Both the position numbers and the translations under genes were made by a program. Source: Selaginella moellendorffii (Eukaryota; Plantae; Lycopodiophyta). Taken from it: a stretch of DNA of 64,000 nucleotides. The notes beneath the pieces were generated by a model. It was not told the DNA's origin, did no database searches, and worked only from the letters and a program-made list of their open reading frames with translations. Where the stretch lies: the NCBI RefSeq assembly GCF_000143415.4, contig NW_003314383.1, positions 328,145 to 392,144 of the forward strand, given 5' to 3'. Positions 15,273-28,087 of this stretch are shown in pieces; position 1 is the first letter of the stretch; each line of letters starts with the position of its first letter.

Positions 15273-17900
15273 ATGGCCTCCTGCTTCTGCCGATCCGAGA
15301 GGCGAGCTGAATGTGGGGGATTCTGAAGCGAGAAGCGGAGCAAGCTGCCCAGAGATTTTAACGTGTTGAGAGGCACACTTAGTCGAGAGGCGAGGAGCGG
15401 CTCTCTCTCTCAACGGCTACAGGGCTTTCGTTTCCCAAGGGTCTTGAGGTAGCAATTCCAAATCCTTCGCTGCGGCTTATATGAGTTCCGTATGTGCATG
15501 GCTTCGAAATGACTCTTGGTCACCAGGCTCGTGAGCTGGATGAAGTGGAGGCTAGGTCTCTCCGACTTGAAGGAAACAGGTTGGTCTTTTCTTACTTCTT
15601 TGGATTCTAACTGAGTGGTGAAAGTTCAGATTGTTTTATGAGGGCAGCTACCTTCTGGCATGCCAGAAATACAGCCTGTGCATGCAAGGGCTTTAATCAC
15701 GAGTGAAGGAGTTTTCCTGGCTGCATCTAACAGGGACACCTTTCGTTCAAGAATGTAGCTCCGAGGCATTCCTGAGGCTGAGGAAGCACTCGCAGATTGC
15801 AATATGGTGCTGGAGGCAAATCCACTACATGAAAAGTGTCTCTTCAGAAAAGCGGCCGCTCTCAGTGCATTTGGCGTACATCGTGAAGCTCTCCGCTGTC
15901 TGGAGCGGGCTCTTCTGCATGCAATTGCTTCATCAAGAAAGGCTGAGTATAGCGAGATGTTCGAAGTTCCTAGAGCAGTCAGAGAAGGGTGTTTACGACT
16001 TGGAGGACTACATATGGAACAACTGCAAGTTCAAAATGGCTCCAGAGTCTAGCGATTATGCTGGACATGTCGAGATCAAACTCACACCAAATGGCTATGG
16101 ATGGAGTTTATACCTTACTAAAGATATTGAAGCTAACTCATCTAATAAATTTAATTTGCTCTGACTGGGTTTAACCCAAAGGGTAGGATGTTAAGAAAGT
16201 AAAGCTCTCAATAGAATTGCAGACCAATTGCAAGAGTGCTCAACCTTGACAGGAAGGTGAACAACTGCCAACTAGATTCCAATCTGTTTGTGGGACTTGT
16301 TTGTGTTGCAAGTGCATCTTCAAGGGTAGTCAAGCAGCTGAATGCCCTGCCCTTCAATTGTAGAGGGCTCTTTTGTTCGACTTTTCCAGGCTATCACTCT
16401 TTTCGACCCTGCTCCAGTGGCCGTAGATATGCAACACATGATACCCCGAGTAGAACTTACGCATGGAATTTGGAACGTTCGAAGGCGAAAGTTTTAATGC
16501 TCTGTTAAGCCAAGCAAGATGAAGGAATAGATTTGCGAGAGAAAATGAAGGCATTTTATGAAAACGACGTGGTTGGCCCGCAAATATTATGCAAAGGAAG
16601 CAGCACCACAATTAGAATCAAGGGGGAAAGGGGAAGAGGAAAGAATAAATTAGATCCACTAGCGGTAGTGGAGGAGAGAACCTTGGGCCGACAACGAGGA
16701 GACTCCTCTAAACCATGTAGAACTTCCAAGACCCATGACAGCTGATACAACAGATTAAAGAATTGGAGCACACACGAAGCATTTTGTGGAGAAACACAGA
16801 GTTACAAAATGGAAGACTGTCCCTCGAGCAAGCGGCACCTTTCAAGCGGGAGAGGCTTTTTTCAGTACTTGTACTAGATTTGTATGTTTTTAAGTTGCGA
16901 GCGCACACGATTTTGTTCTTCGGCTTGCTGTAACTACAGGAATCTCTATCGTACAATCTTTGTTCTCTGTTGTTCTACTGCTGTTCATTGTTCTTGGTGA
17001 TGCAGAACAGATTGTTTGATTCGATCGATTTTGAAACTAGACATATAAGTCATGCCAGTTATAAGTGGGGACGATGTGAGCTCAGGGCAGGCTGTTATTC
17101 TCTCTGTACTTCTCTCCATCCCTCTCGTTCCATTCCCTGCTTGCTTGGCTATCTATTCCTTCTGATTCAGGGAGTTCTTCCCCCCTGGTTGTCTCATTTA
17201 TTCAATACAATGGACCTGATAGAGATCGGGGTCCTTGGACACAAGGCCGTGACATATGCAGCAACAAACATCATCAAAACAGGACAAGCCAGTTGCAAGT
17301 TATCTTTGCAACCACGATGCACTATCACTTTTGGAGCATCTTTCCTCTTTGGACGCGGGTATTTGGCTAGCTACAGACATTGGTGATGCAGACTGGCTGA
17401 CATCACTCTCTTTGGCCTGTGGATATATTGTCATGGCATTTTCGAAGGAGTTACCTTATGGCCACTGTTTTGGATAAAGGTATTAGGCCAAACCTTGTAC
17501 TGTTGGTATCTTTCCTTTGGTATGATCCTCCTCTTTGGTAATGTCAGCCCAAATGCATTTTTAGAACTTTGCAAAAAAGTTCATTTAGTCTTAAACCAAA
17601 TCCACCATCAGCCATCTTTCTGCGTTCAACTCTTCAAGAAAATGTTGCAATAGTATTAGGTTAAAGATTAGCAAAAAAAACTCACATTCTAGATGCAAGA
17701 ATCATCATATAACACCTTTGATACATGAACTAACTTATCATGTGGCATGGAATATTCAACACATCAACTTACTGATGCTTCCTTGATCTCGACACAGCCC
17801 AATTGCTCTCTGCTTACTAGTGGCAACCTCACCAATTATATATGTCTCTTTCTAGGAAAGATCTTGTGCCGATAAAACAAGTGATGATCTGCCACAAGTG
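15273..17900 (+). pseudogene. TPR + SET-domain methyltransferase (ATXR1/SDG35-like) pseudogene; ends approximate
   Basis: TPR-like EKCLFRKAAALSAFGVHREALRCLE. EQSEKGVYDLEDY...DYAGHVEIKLTPNGYGWSLYLTKDIEA matches the SET N-terminal half as in ATXR1-type proteins. Degenerate second half at ~17170-17290 (AVTYAATNIIKTGQ). Several frameshifts and stops. Confidence 0.65.
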
Positions 17901-18190
17901 CAAACAAGCACATGCCCAGCCTCACAGTACACTGTTGATACCGACACAAGATCTCTGAACACACTCACTCTATAATATTTGACACAATGGGATTTATGTT
18001 GTTTAGCCATGCTCCTATCTTTCAGCTCTAAGATTCTCGGGATCTTGCCACCTCAGAAGCCCTAATCTACATCACTGTTTGAGTGCAACCCAAGTATACC
18101 TCCAATTGCCATTCTTACTCCAGTTTGCAACATTATTGGCAAATGAATAGCCTGCCCTGTGCTCTTGCTTTATATCATCTCCACTGTTAC

Positions 18191-19068
18191 TTACGGAAAT
18201 GACTCATAACACCAGGGGATGAGCTCCACGAAGAAGTTGCCTATTGTTGGCCCAAGTCGAGCCCAAGGTGTGTGGTGGTGGTCCGTGATGCAGCTTAGAG
18301 ACATGGAAGACATTATGAATCCAGCACCCAGTGGAAGCTCCATCTGGAGTGCAATGTCGTTCACTATGGCTGCATTGCACTTCTCCAGCGGGATTTTTGG
18401 CTGCCATCTTCCCCCAGCAGTCACCTGTGGGGTTCTCTCCTCCCCTTGTTTGTCAGACCTGACTCCACGCATCCGGTCTATCAATTTCTGGTCTGTGCCT
18501 CCTGGAAGAAGTGGAACCGTTGATGAGCCCTGGAACCAGTCAGCTGGCGAGCTGGCCCCGTCCATCGATACTTGAACACATCCTTCTCTCCTGGCATTCC
18601 TGGAGTTGATCTTGCCACTCTAAACTTCAAGTCCAGTCCTTTGGTCCTTTGCTTTCTTGATCAGTCTTTCTGCCATGCAAGCGCACCTCCAGTTGATCTT
18701 GGCGATCCAAGATCTGCTCCTGCTGCGAACCGAGCTGCCAGAGAGACTGATCAAGATTGTTGCATGGCCAAATACTGCTCATTTCCATGCTTCTGATCCG
18801 TCAGATACTGCTGCATGAATGCTTGCAGCACATTCTTGATCTCCCCCAGCCCCTCCAATGAGGATGCCACGTCAATATCTGGCTCCAACGTCACATTGGC
18901 CGCCTTGTGCATGGCGAAAAGCCCTAGCCATTTCTGCCGTGACCCCGATCATGGAACCCTGGCTGCTCCTGGGAGACGGAGACAGCCTCTCAATCGGACA
19001 GCTCTCTTCCCGCTCCCTCATCCTCACAGATTAACATGAACGCCCAGAGGATTGGCGCTCTGATACCC
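18191..19068 (-). mobile_element. Internally deleted Ty3/gypsy remnant (PBS, gag-like start, integrase C-terminal fragment)
   Basis: PBS-like GGTATCAGAGCGCC on the minus strand at ~19054-19067. Integrase-tail motif LQMELP.. / IHNVFHVSKL at ~18290-18350. Confidence 0.6.
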
Positions 19069-19668
19069 AGGATCTAACTATTCTACCGTGGTGCCAAGTT
19101 TGGAATGAAGCACCTGCTCTATAATTGCTCTCACCTTGCTGAACAAAATGATTATAGGGAGGCGAATTTCGAGAGTCGAACTCAATACTCCTATCATACC
19201 ACTAGACCATTGGATTAATCGCGTTGCTTTTGCTTTTCATGCTATGAGCCTTTAGATTTGAGAATGAAGCAAAGAAGACAATTTGATGAATCTTTTGTTG
19301 GTGGTTGCAGACTTTCATGGGGGCTTGGATGGATTTTAGCATGACACGAAACTGGACTGTTTGCTGCTATTTCCCGTAGCCGATATTGCACCGATGAATC
19401 CAGCAAACAACAGCAATGAGGAACTGATGATCAACAAAAGAAAAACCGCACGGAACTCATCCATTTCGTGACGAATCATATAACAATCGCTCTCAAGCAG
19501 GAAACAAAACAGGCCATTGGACTTCCTCCTTTTGTTTCTCAATTGTTCATTCAAGCTCACCCACGTTTGTATCTGGAAACTCGGTGTGTTTACAAATCAA
19601 ACGATCAAACTATATTAGTCTAATATTAGAGTTTCAAAAATGTTATTCGCGCGCTAAATTCGTGAAGA

Positions 19669-21471
19669 ATGCCTGTGAATTCTAACCGATCCGCGCACTA
19701 CGAGCAGCGCGAATCGCACAAAGATTTGCTGCCGGAACTGCGATCCTGCCGAGATCTTACGCAGGCCAAGCGCCTCCATTCTCTCATCGCTCCCCGCCTC
19801 CACAGCGATAAGTTCCTGGCCAATCTGGTGGTACAGATGTATGGCCGGTGCCATAGCGTGGAGGAAGCCAGGGCCGTTTTTGACGGCATCCGCGAGCCCG
19901 ATCTCTACACCTGGACACTCATGCTCGTCGCATATGCCCAAAACGGGCATTTGGAAGAAGCAAAACTAATATTCGATAGGATGCCCGTTCGTAACTCCGT
20001 GTCGTGGAACGCCTTGTTAGTGGCTTATACGCAAGCTGGGTATTTAACTCAATCCTGGAAATTGTTTCAGGAAATGCCCGAAAAAACCGTGATATCTTGG
20101 ACAACTATTCTTCAAGCATATGCCCAGGAAGGGAATCTCGAGGCTACCAAGCACACGTTTGATACCATGCCAAAAAAGAATATCTACAGCTGGACGGTGA
20201 TGATGCAAGCCTACATTGCAGGCGGACGGCTGGATCACGCTCAGAGTATCTTTGTCTCAATGCCTTACCGAAACACAGTGTCCTGCACGGCTATGGCCGC
20301 AGCATATGCCCAGGATGGGAATATTCCTAAAGCTGAAGATATTACGAGCGGCATGCCTATTTTGGACCTGGTTTCACAGAACGCAATGGTGGCGGCATTT
20401 TCTCAAAGAGGGTTTGTGGAGGAGGCCAAGAAAACGTTTGATGGAATGCTGGAGAGAGATATCATCTCTTGGAGTGCATTGCTACAAGCTTTTGTGGAAA
20501 ATCAAGACTTGGAAAAATGCAATAGAGTGTTTGATAGAATGCCCGAGCACAATCTAGTGGCTTGTAATTCTATGATATCTGCTTACGCCCAAAGTGATCG
20601 CCATTGCGAGCAAGCCAAATCTTTATTTGATAAGATGCCGGAGCGAGACGTTCTTTCATGGACGTCGATCATGCAAGCTTTTGCGCAGCATGGGCATCTT
20701 GAAGATGCCAAAGTATTATTTGACCAGATGCCGATGAAAGACGTTATATCATGGACTTTGCTCCTCCATGCATATGCCCGGGAAGGGCAGATGGTGTGCG
20801 CGCAGGGAGTTTTCGAGAGTATGCCGCTGGACGATGCGGTGCCTTGGAACATCCTCGTTGGCGGATATTCTCAGGCTGGGGACGTGGCAGAGGCCCGCAG
20901 CATTTTTAACAAGATTCCTGAAAGAAATATTCTCTCCTGGAATTCCATGGTTGTGGGATATGCCCAGAACGGGCATCTTGACGGGGCAAGGAACCTCTTC
21001 GAGAAGATGTCCAAACGGACGCTTGTGACATGGACGGCTTTGATCGCTGGATATGCTCACTTTGGTCATGGACGTGATGCCATCCAAATCTTCCATGAAA
21101 TGGAGGTGGAGGGTATTGATCCAGACGACCTCTGTTTTTTGAAGGTGATATCAGCTTGCACCCACATTGGTTTGCTAGAGAAAGCGCTAAATTATCTCTT
21201 ATCTATGAGCTCCGATCATTGTCTAGAACCCAGCCAAGAACACTATGTCTGCGTTGCAGATGGCTTTGGGCGGATTGGAAACTTGAAGAGGGCGGAAGAG
21301 GTGATTTATGGCATGCCATACAAACCAAACGCCGAGGCTCTTGGAGCTCTGCTTGGTGCTTGTAGAATCCATCCACAGAACTCCCCCACGATTGGAAAAA
21401 GAGCAGCGAATCAAGTTCTCAGAGATAACAATCCCAAGGACGTCCATCGTTTGCTCCATATCTTCACGTAA
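19669..21471 (+). CDS. PLS-class pentatricopeptide repeat protein with E domain, no DYW, intronless, 600 aa
   Basis: Many short S-type repeats (FDRMP.RN.VSWN.LL.AY.Q.G); L2/S2 motifs ACTHIGL, EHYVCVADGFGRIG; E-domain ALLGACRIH. Confidence 0.93.
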   Translation: MPVNSNRSAHYEQRESHKDLLPELRSCRDLTQAKRLHSLIAPRLHSDKFLANLVVQMYGRCHSVEEARAVFDGIREPDLYTWTLMLVAYAQNGHLEEAKLIFDRMPVRNSVSWNALLVAYTQAGYLTQSWKLFQEMPEKTVISWTTILQAYAQEGNLEATKHTFDTMPKKNIYSWTVMMQAYIAGGRLDHAQSIFVSMPYRNTVSCTAMAAAYAQDGNIPKAEDITSGMPILDLVSQNAMVAAFSQRGFVEEAKKTFDGMLERDIISWSALLQAFVENQDLEKCNRVFDRMPEHNLVACNSMISAYAQSDRHCEQAKSLFDKMPERDVLSWTSIMQAFAQHGHLEDAKVLFDQMPMKDVISWTLLLHAYAREGQMVCAQGVFESMPLDDAVPWNILVGGYSQAGDVAEARSIFNKIPERNILSWNSMVVGYAQNGHLDGARNLFEKMSKRTLVTWTALIAGYAHFGHGRDAIQIFHEMEVEGIDPDDLCFLKVISACTHIGLLEKALNYLLSMSSDHCLEPSQEHYVCVADGFGRIGNLKRAEEVIYGMPYKPNAEALGALLGACRIHPQNSPTIGKRAANQVLRDNNPKDVHRLLHIFT

Positions 21472-21494
21472 AGGCATATCGCTAGCAAAACTTG

Positions 21495-24436
<2,942 letters not shown>

Positions 24437-24847
24437 CACGCCTCTAAACCCTAAACCTAAATTTCGAAAGCCATGGCGGGAAAGTGATTTATTTCTAACT
24501 GTGCAATACATCATACTTCTCACTGCGCATTGCGAGCACAGAGAAACCTGGCAGTATTGCTTAAACTTGATCTTGGGAAGTGAGATTTCTCCACAGATTC
24601 CAGAGCTCAGGATCTGCGAGACATCCACAAAATCTCCAGCTCCAGATCCGTCGATGGATGCGAGAGCTCTTCCCGAAACTTGCGAGACAACGAGACCATC
24701 CTGTGGCAAAGAATCATCAGGAGCAAAGAAAGAGTTCCTAGGAAGCTAGATTTGTTCCTCGCAGATCCAAGGCTTTCGCTCAGCTCCCAATCGATCTAGA
24801 AAAACAAAATTGAAAAGCACAAAGGGGGGATTAGAGAGAGGAGCGAT

Positions 24848-25240
24848 TCAAGTGGCGATTTCTTGCGCTTCCTTGCTAGATTTGATCTCGCCGGCTTCGT
24901 TCTCGCCCTTTTCTTCGCCCTTGGTGACCGAATCAAGCACCGCCTGCTCAGCGCGCAGCACGACCCCGTAGTAATCCTGGTTGCTCTCCATGCACGCCTT
25001 CAAGAATCGCATCGCCGGCCTACACTTCTCGAGTGGCGACTCCGCTCCCTCGGATTTCTCCGATTTCTTCTTCTTCTCCTCCTCCTCCTCGGCCCTGTCG
25101 GTGCAATCTTCCCAGTTCACAAACACGCCGCCGCAAGGCCCCTTTTTCATGAAAGCGCAGAATCCACACTCACCATCGGCCGCATCCTCCTCCTCAGCCG
25201 CTTGCTGCTGGACGGGATCATCCTCATCCGCCAGCGCCAC
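24848..25240 (-). CDS. GCK-domain (twin Cys-motif, CHCH-like) protein; true start codon not found
   Basis: ECGFCAFMKKGPCGGVFVNWEDC...EKCRPAMRFLKACMESNQDYY matches the plant GCK domain. The ORF opens on GTG, so a 5' exon is probably missing. Confidence 0.8.
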   Translation of the reverse strand: MALADEDDPVQQQAAEEEDAADGECGFCAFMKKGPCGGVFVNWEDCTDRAEEEEEKKKKSEKSEGAESPLEKCRPAMRFLKACMESNQDYYGVVLRAEQAVLDSVTKGEEKGENEAGEIKSSKEAQEIAT

Positions 25241-25628
25241 CGTAAAGAACCCTAAAACCTAAAACCTCAGGAACCCTAAAACGTTTATAAGGGGGAGTTT
25301 TGTTAATTATATTATATTAGTCCTAAGTTAACACCAACATACTCGCCTGCGTCGGCGAATCTGGCCTCCCTCAGCCTGGACATGTCTGCTAAGCACCAAA
25401 CAGTGATCCCATTTTTTTCCTCTTTCTCTTCAGTTCTCACAACACCATTCATGCTTGGAGAGCTGACTTTCGTTTTCTCCTCGTGGACTTTTCGGATCAA
25501 CCGAAAGAGTATTTGAGGGCGCTACAAAATTCGTCACACTCCAAGTATTCTTCTGCCTCTTTTTGATCCGTCTCCAATCGGGAATCACTTTCGAGCTCGG
25601 ATCTTTCGTGATATAGTTCATAGCGATC

Positions 25629-25853
25629 ATGGTCAAGTTAGTGATTGTTCTCCTGCTGCTAGTGGCCTCCATTGGCGTTGTAGTGTTCACAAACAGGCAG
25701 AGTTTCGAGAGGCAGCGGCATTACAACCGCGATTCGTTTCCATCCCTGCTGCTTGGCAAGCTTCCCAGGAAAGTTTCGACCCCTCCACCGGGACCATCTC
25801 TCAGGCACAATGAAAACTTGGTGAGATCGAGCCACAGCATCACAGATCCATGA
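25629..25853 (+). CDS. Small secreted peptide precursor, IDA/IDL-like, 74 aa
   Basis: Signal peptide MVKLVIVLLLLVASIGVVVF. C-terminal LGKLPRKVSTPPPGPSLRHN aligns with the IDA EPIP motif (FGYLPKGVPIPPSAPSKRHN). Confidence 0.82.
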   Translation: MVKLVIVLLLLVASIGVVVFTNRQSFERQRHYNRDSFPSLLLGKLPRKVSTPPPGPSLRHNENLVRSSHSITDP

Positions 25854-26106
25854 ACTTTGAAACACACAGGATTATAGATGTTCTTGCTTAAACTTTGTGA
25901 ATATACACACAGAATAATTCTATCACTATCACGTTTGCTTCGTGATCCTTGACTAGTGACAAGTTTTTCTTGGTCCGGCAGCAACTAGTCAAATTTTACG
26001 CCTGCTTTCATGACTCGGCATGGAGGGGACCAAGAGCATCGTCACAGCATCCACGAGGTCAAAAATGCGATCCACCTATGAATCATTAAACTTTCGAAAC
26101 GAGAAA

Positions 26107-26164
26107 GGGCGTATTCCGAGAATTGAACGTGGGACCTCTCGCACCCGAAGTGAGAATCATACCA
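26107..26164 (-). pseudogene. tRNA-Pro(CGG) pseudogene, 5' part deleted
   Basis: Matches the intact copy at 26421-26492 but lacks the 5' acceptor and half of the D arm. Confidence 0.8.
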
Positions 26165-26210
26165 TTAACAAGGTAACAAGCGTAATTACGATTAGCTGCT
26201 GTTTGCACGA

Positions 26211-26277
26211 ATTCTGAGAATTGAACTTGATACCTCTCGCACCCGAAGCGAGAATCGTACCAGTAGACAAAATGCCC
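26211..26277 (-). pseudogene. tRNA-Pro(CGG) pseudogene, 3' acceptor lost
   Basis: GGGCATTTTGTCTACTGGTACGATTCTCGCTTCGGGTGCGAGAGGTATCAAGTTCAATTCTCAGAAT; T stem is mutated. Confidence 0.8.
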
Positions 26278-26349
26278 ATTAACAAGAAAGTGTGAAGCCT
26301 TTGCAGCAGATTCTGCGATGATGATGGCTATGGAAGTGAAACTCACTTA

Positions 26350-26375
26350 GGGGCAATCTAGACCTCTCGCACCCA
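26350..26375 (-). pseudogene. tRNA-Pro fragment
   Basis: ggggca..gacctctcgcaccc followed by the same ttaaca flank as the other copies. Confidence 0.55.
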
Positions 26376-26420
26376 GACATTAACAGGCTACACTTTTTCC
26401 CTGGTTTTAAGTCTTAAAAA

Positions 26421-26492
26421 GGGGCATTCCGAGAATCGAACTCAGGACCTCTCACACCCGAAGCGAGAATCATACCACTAGACCAAATGCCC
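26421..26492 (-). tRNA. tRNA-Pro(CGG)
   Basis: GGGCATTTGGTCTAGTGGTATGATTCTCGCTTCGGGTGTGAGAGGTCCTGAGTTCGATTCTCGGAATGCCCC; full cloverleaf followed by a T5 Pol III terminator. Confidence 0.93.
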
Positions 26493-27044
26493 GTTAACAA
26501 CAAAGCATGATTAGTATGAAACTTTTTGCGATGAAACGAATAGAACAGACGAAGAAAATTCTCGTAGAGGCTGTTATTTTCCCGTGGAAGCAACGAGATA
26601 CCTAGAGAATAATCACACCCAAAAAGCATCCTTCTATTTCTGGATTTTATCGATTGGTGTTGACAAAAGCCTTCTAATTCAATCTTTTCTCTATAACCTT
26701 TCCATGCACACAATTCGTGAATATATACGTCTAGACATACGCTCGCAATACGTAGCACACCAACAAAAGTCATGAACTACCTATTCGCGCCGGATATTCT
26801 CGCGTTCCCAAAGCAGGAATCACCGAGTTCTTTCTCTCTTTTTTTCTTTTGAAAGGTGAGGTCGGTTCTGATTGGGAGAGATAGCAAACCCCACCAAACT
26901 AAAACCACGAAAACCTTCCCTCCAAACGCACCAGTTTTTAAAATCCCGGCAGTGGAAATCCTCCGCAGAAGCTGCCCGCCGCATTGTTTAGTTCACAGCT
27001 CGTGTGGAAAAGGGAAAAGAAACGCAAAGAAAAATCATTTCTAG

Positions 27045-27371
27045 ATGACTGCTAGTCGATTATTTTATGGGAAGTTGCTTCTTTCAGCAGTACTCGTCCT
27101 TGCGGGCTTCGTTCTTAGCCAGTCTGGATCATCGCCGACGAGCAGGAAGATCCTGGCCTCCTCTGATGAATCTCAGGCGCGGAATTCTCCGGCTGGGGAT
27201 CAATCGGAGCTCCAATCGTGGAGCAGGAGTGCGGGAGCAACCACGGACAACAATTCGATCGAGAAGCCACCGAGATCATTCTCCACAATGCTTCCCAGGG
27301 GAGTTTTCTATCCTCCAGCAGGGCCAAATCCCTGGGGAAACTCGGATTTGTTCCGGGAGAAGCAGCATTGA
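27045..27371 (+). CDS. Small secreted peptide precursor, PIP/PIPL/IDL-like, 108 aa
   Basis: Signal peptide (KLLLSAVLVLAGFVLSQS), variable region, C-terminal FSTMLPRGVFYPPAGPNPWGN resembling the LPRG..PPSGPS...N motif. Confidence 0.72.
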   Translation: MTASRLFYGKLLLSAVLVLAGFVLSQSGSSPTSRKILASSDESQARNSPAGDQSELQSWSRSAGATTDNNSIEKPPRSFSTMLPRGVFYPPAGPNPWGNSDLFREKQH

Positions 27372-27432
27372 GGGATGGGGACGCCATGCATTTGCTCCAA
27401 GAGGAAGAAGATGAAAAAAAAAAAATGAAAGC

Positions 27433-27506
27433 TGGCCCATGCAGGTCTCGAACCTACGACCTTGGCGTTATTAGCACCACGCTCTGACCAGCTGAGCTAA
27501 TAGGCC
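27433..27506 (-). tRNA. tRNA-Ile(AAT)
   Basis: GGCCTATTAGCTCAGCTGGTCAGAGCGTGGTGCTAATAACGCCAAGGTCGTAGGTTCGAGACCTGCATGGGCCA; poly-T downstream. Confidence 0.93.
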
Positions 27507-27573
27507 TCAACATTGCGATTGTAAACAACCAAACTAAATTAAGCAAAAGATTTCGACAAAATAAATACCAGTT

Positions 27574-27647
27574 TGGCCTATGCAGGTTTCGAACCTGCGA
27601 CCTTGGCGTTAGTAGCACCACGCGCTGACCAGCTAAGCTAATAGGCC
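27574..27647 (-). tRNA. tRNA-Ile-derived copy with anticodon changed to ACT (Ser-reading); probable pseudogene
   Basis: Same body as 27433-27506 but the loop is CT-ACT-AA (anticodon at 27611-27613) and the D stem has a mismatch (GCTT/GCGC). Confidence 0.75.
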
Positions 27648-28087
27648 TCAATGTTGTAATTAAATATATTAATTAATTAAATATTTAAAGATTAAATAAG
27701 CGTGATTAAATTACTAACTTGAAATTAAATAGTTAAAGCCTGGTTAAATAAAATAAAAAAACCTGGGGGATTTCTATTGGCGGTTTGTTAGCACTAATGT
27801 AACCCTAGAGCGCGCGAAGCAATGGCAACGTCGCAGGAGGACACGCATGGCGCGCCGCGTGATGTAGCCGATCGTCTTCGCCACTGGTATTCTAGCTCCT
27901 CCCCAGAAATGCTGTTGCCGGAGCGATCCAAGCCTTCCCAGAGGAGAAAGAAGCGATGTGTATGCTAGCACAGCTTCTCGCCGCGGCGATCCTCCAGAAA
28001 AGGCTAGGCGCTAGCTCCCGCCCCCTCCCCATCGCATTCTCCATCGCATTCTGTTGATGTTGTTGGTGGAAATATTTTCTCCTCAGG

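Noticed and set aside
24445-24460. AAACCCTAAA runs here and at ~12900 and ~25248-25281 as interstitial telomere
   Set aside because: Only one to three units near gene starts; ordinary telo-box promoter elements.
25334-25383. Candidate first exon (MSRLREARFADAG) for the GCK gene
   Set aside because: None of the nearby AG acceptors joins it in frame without a stop.
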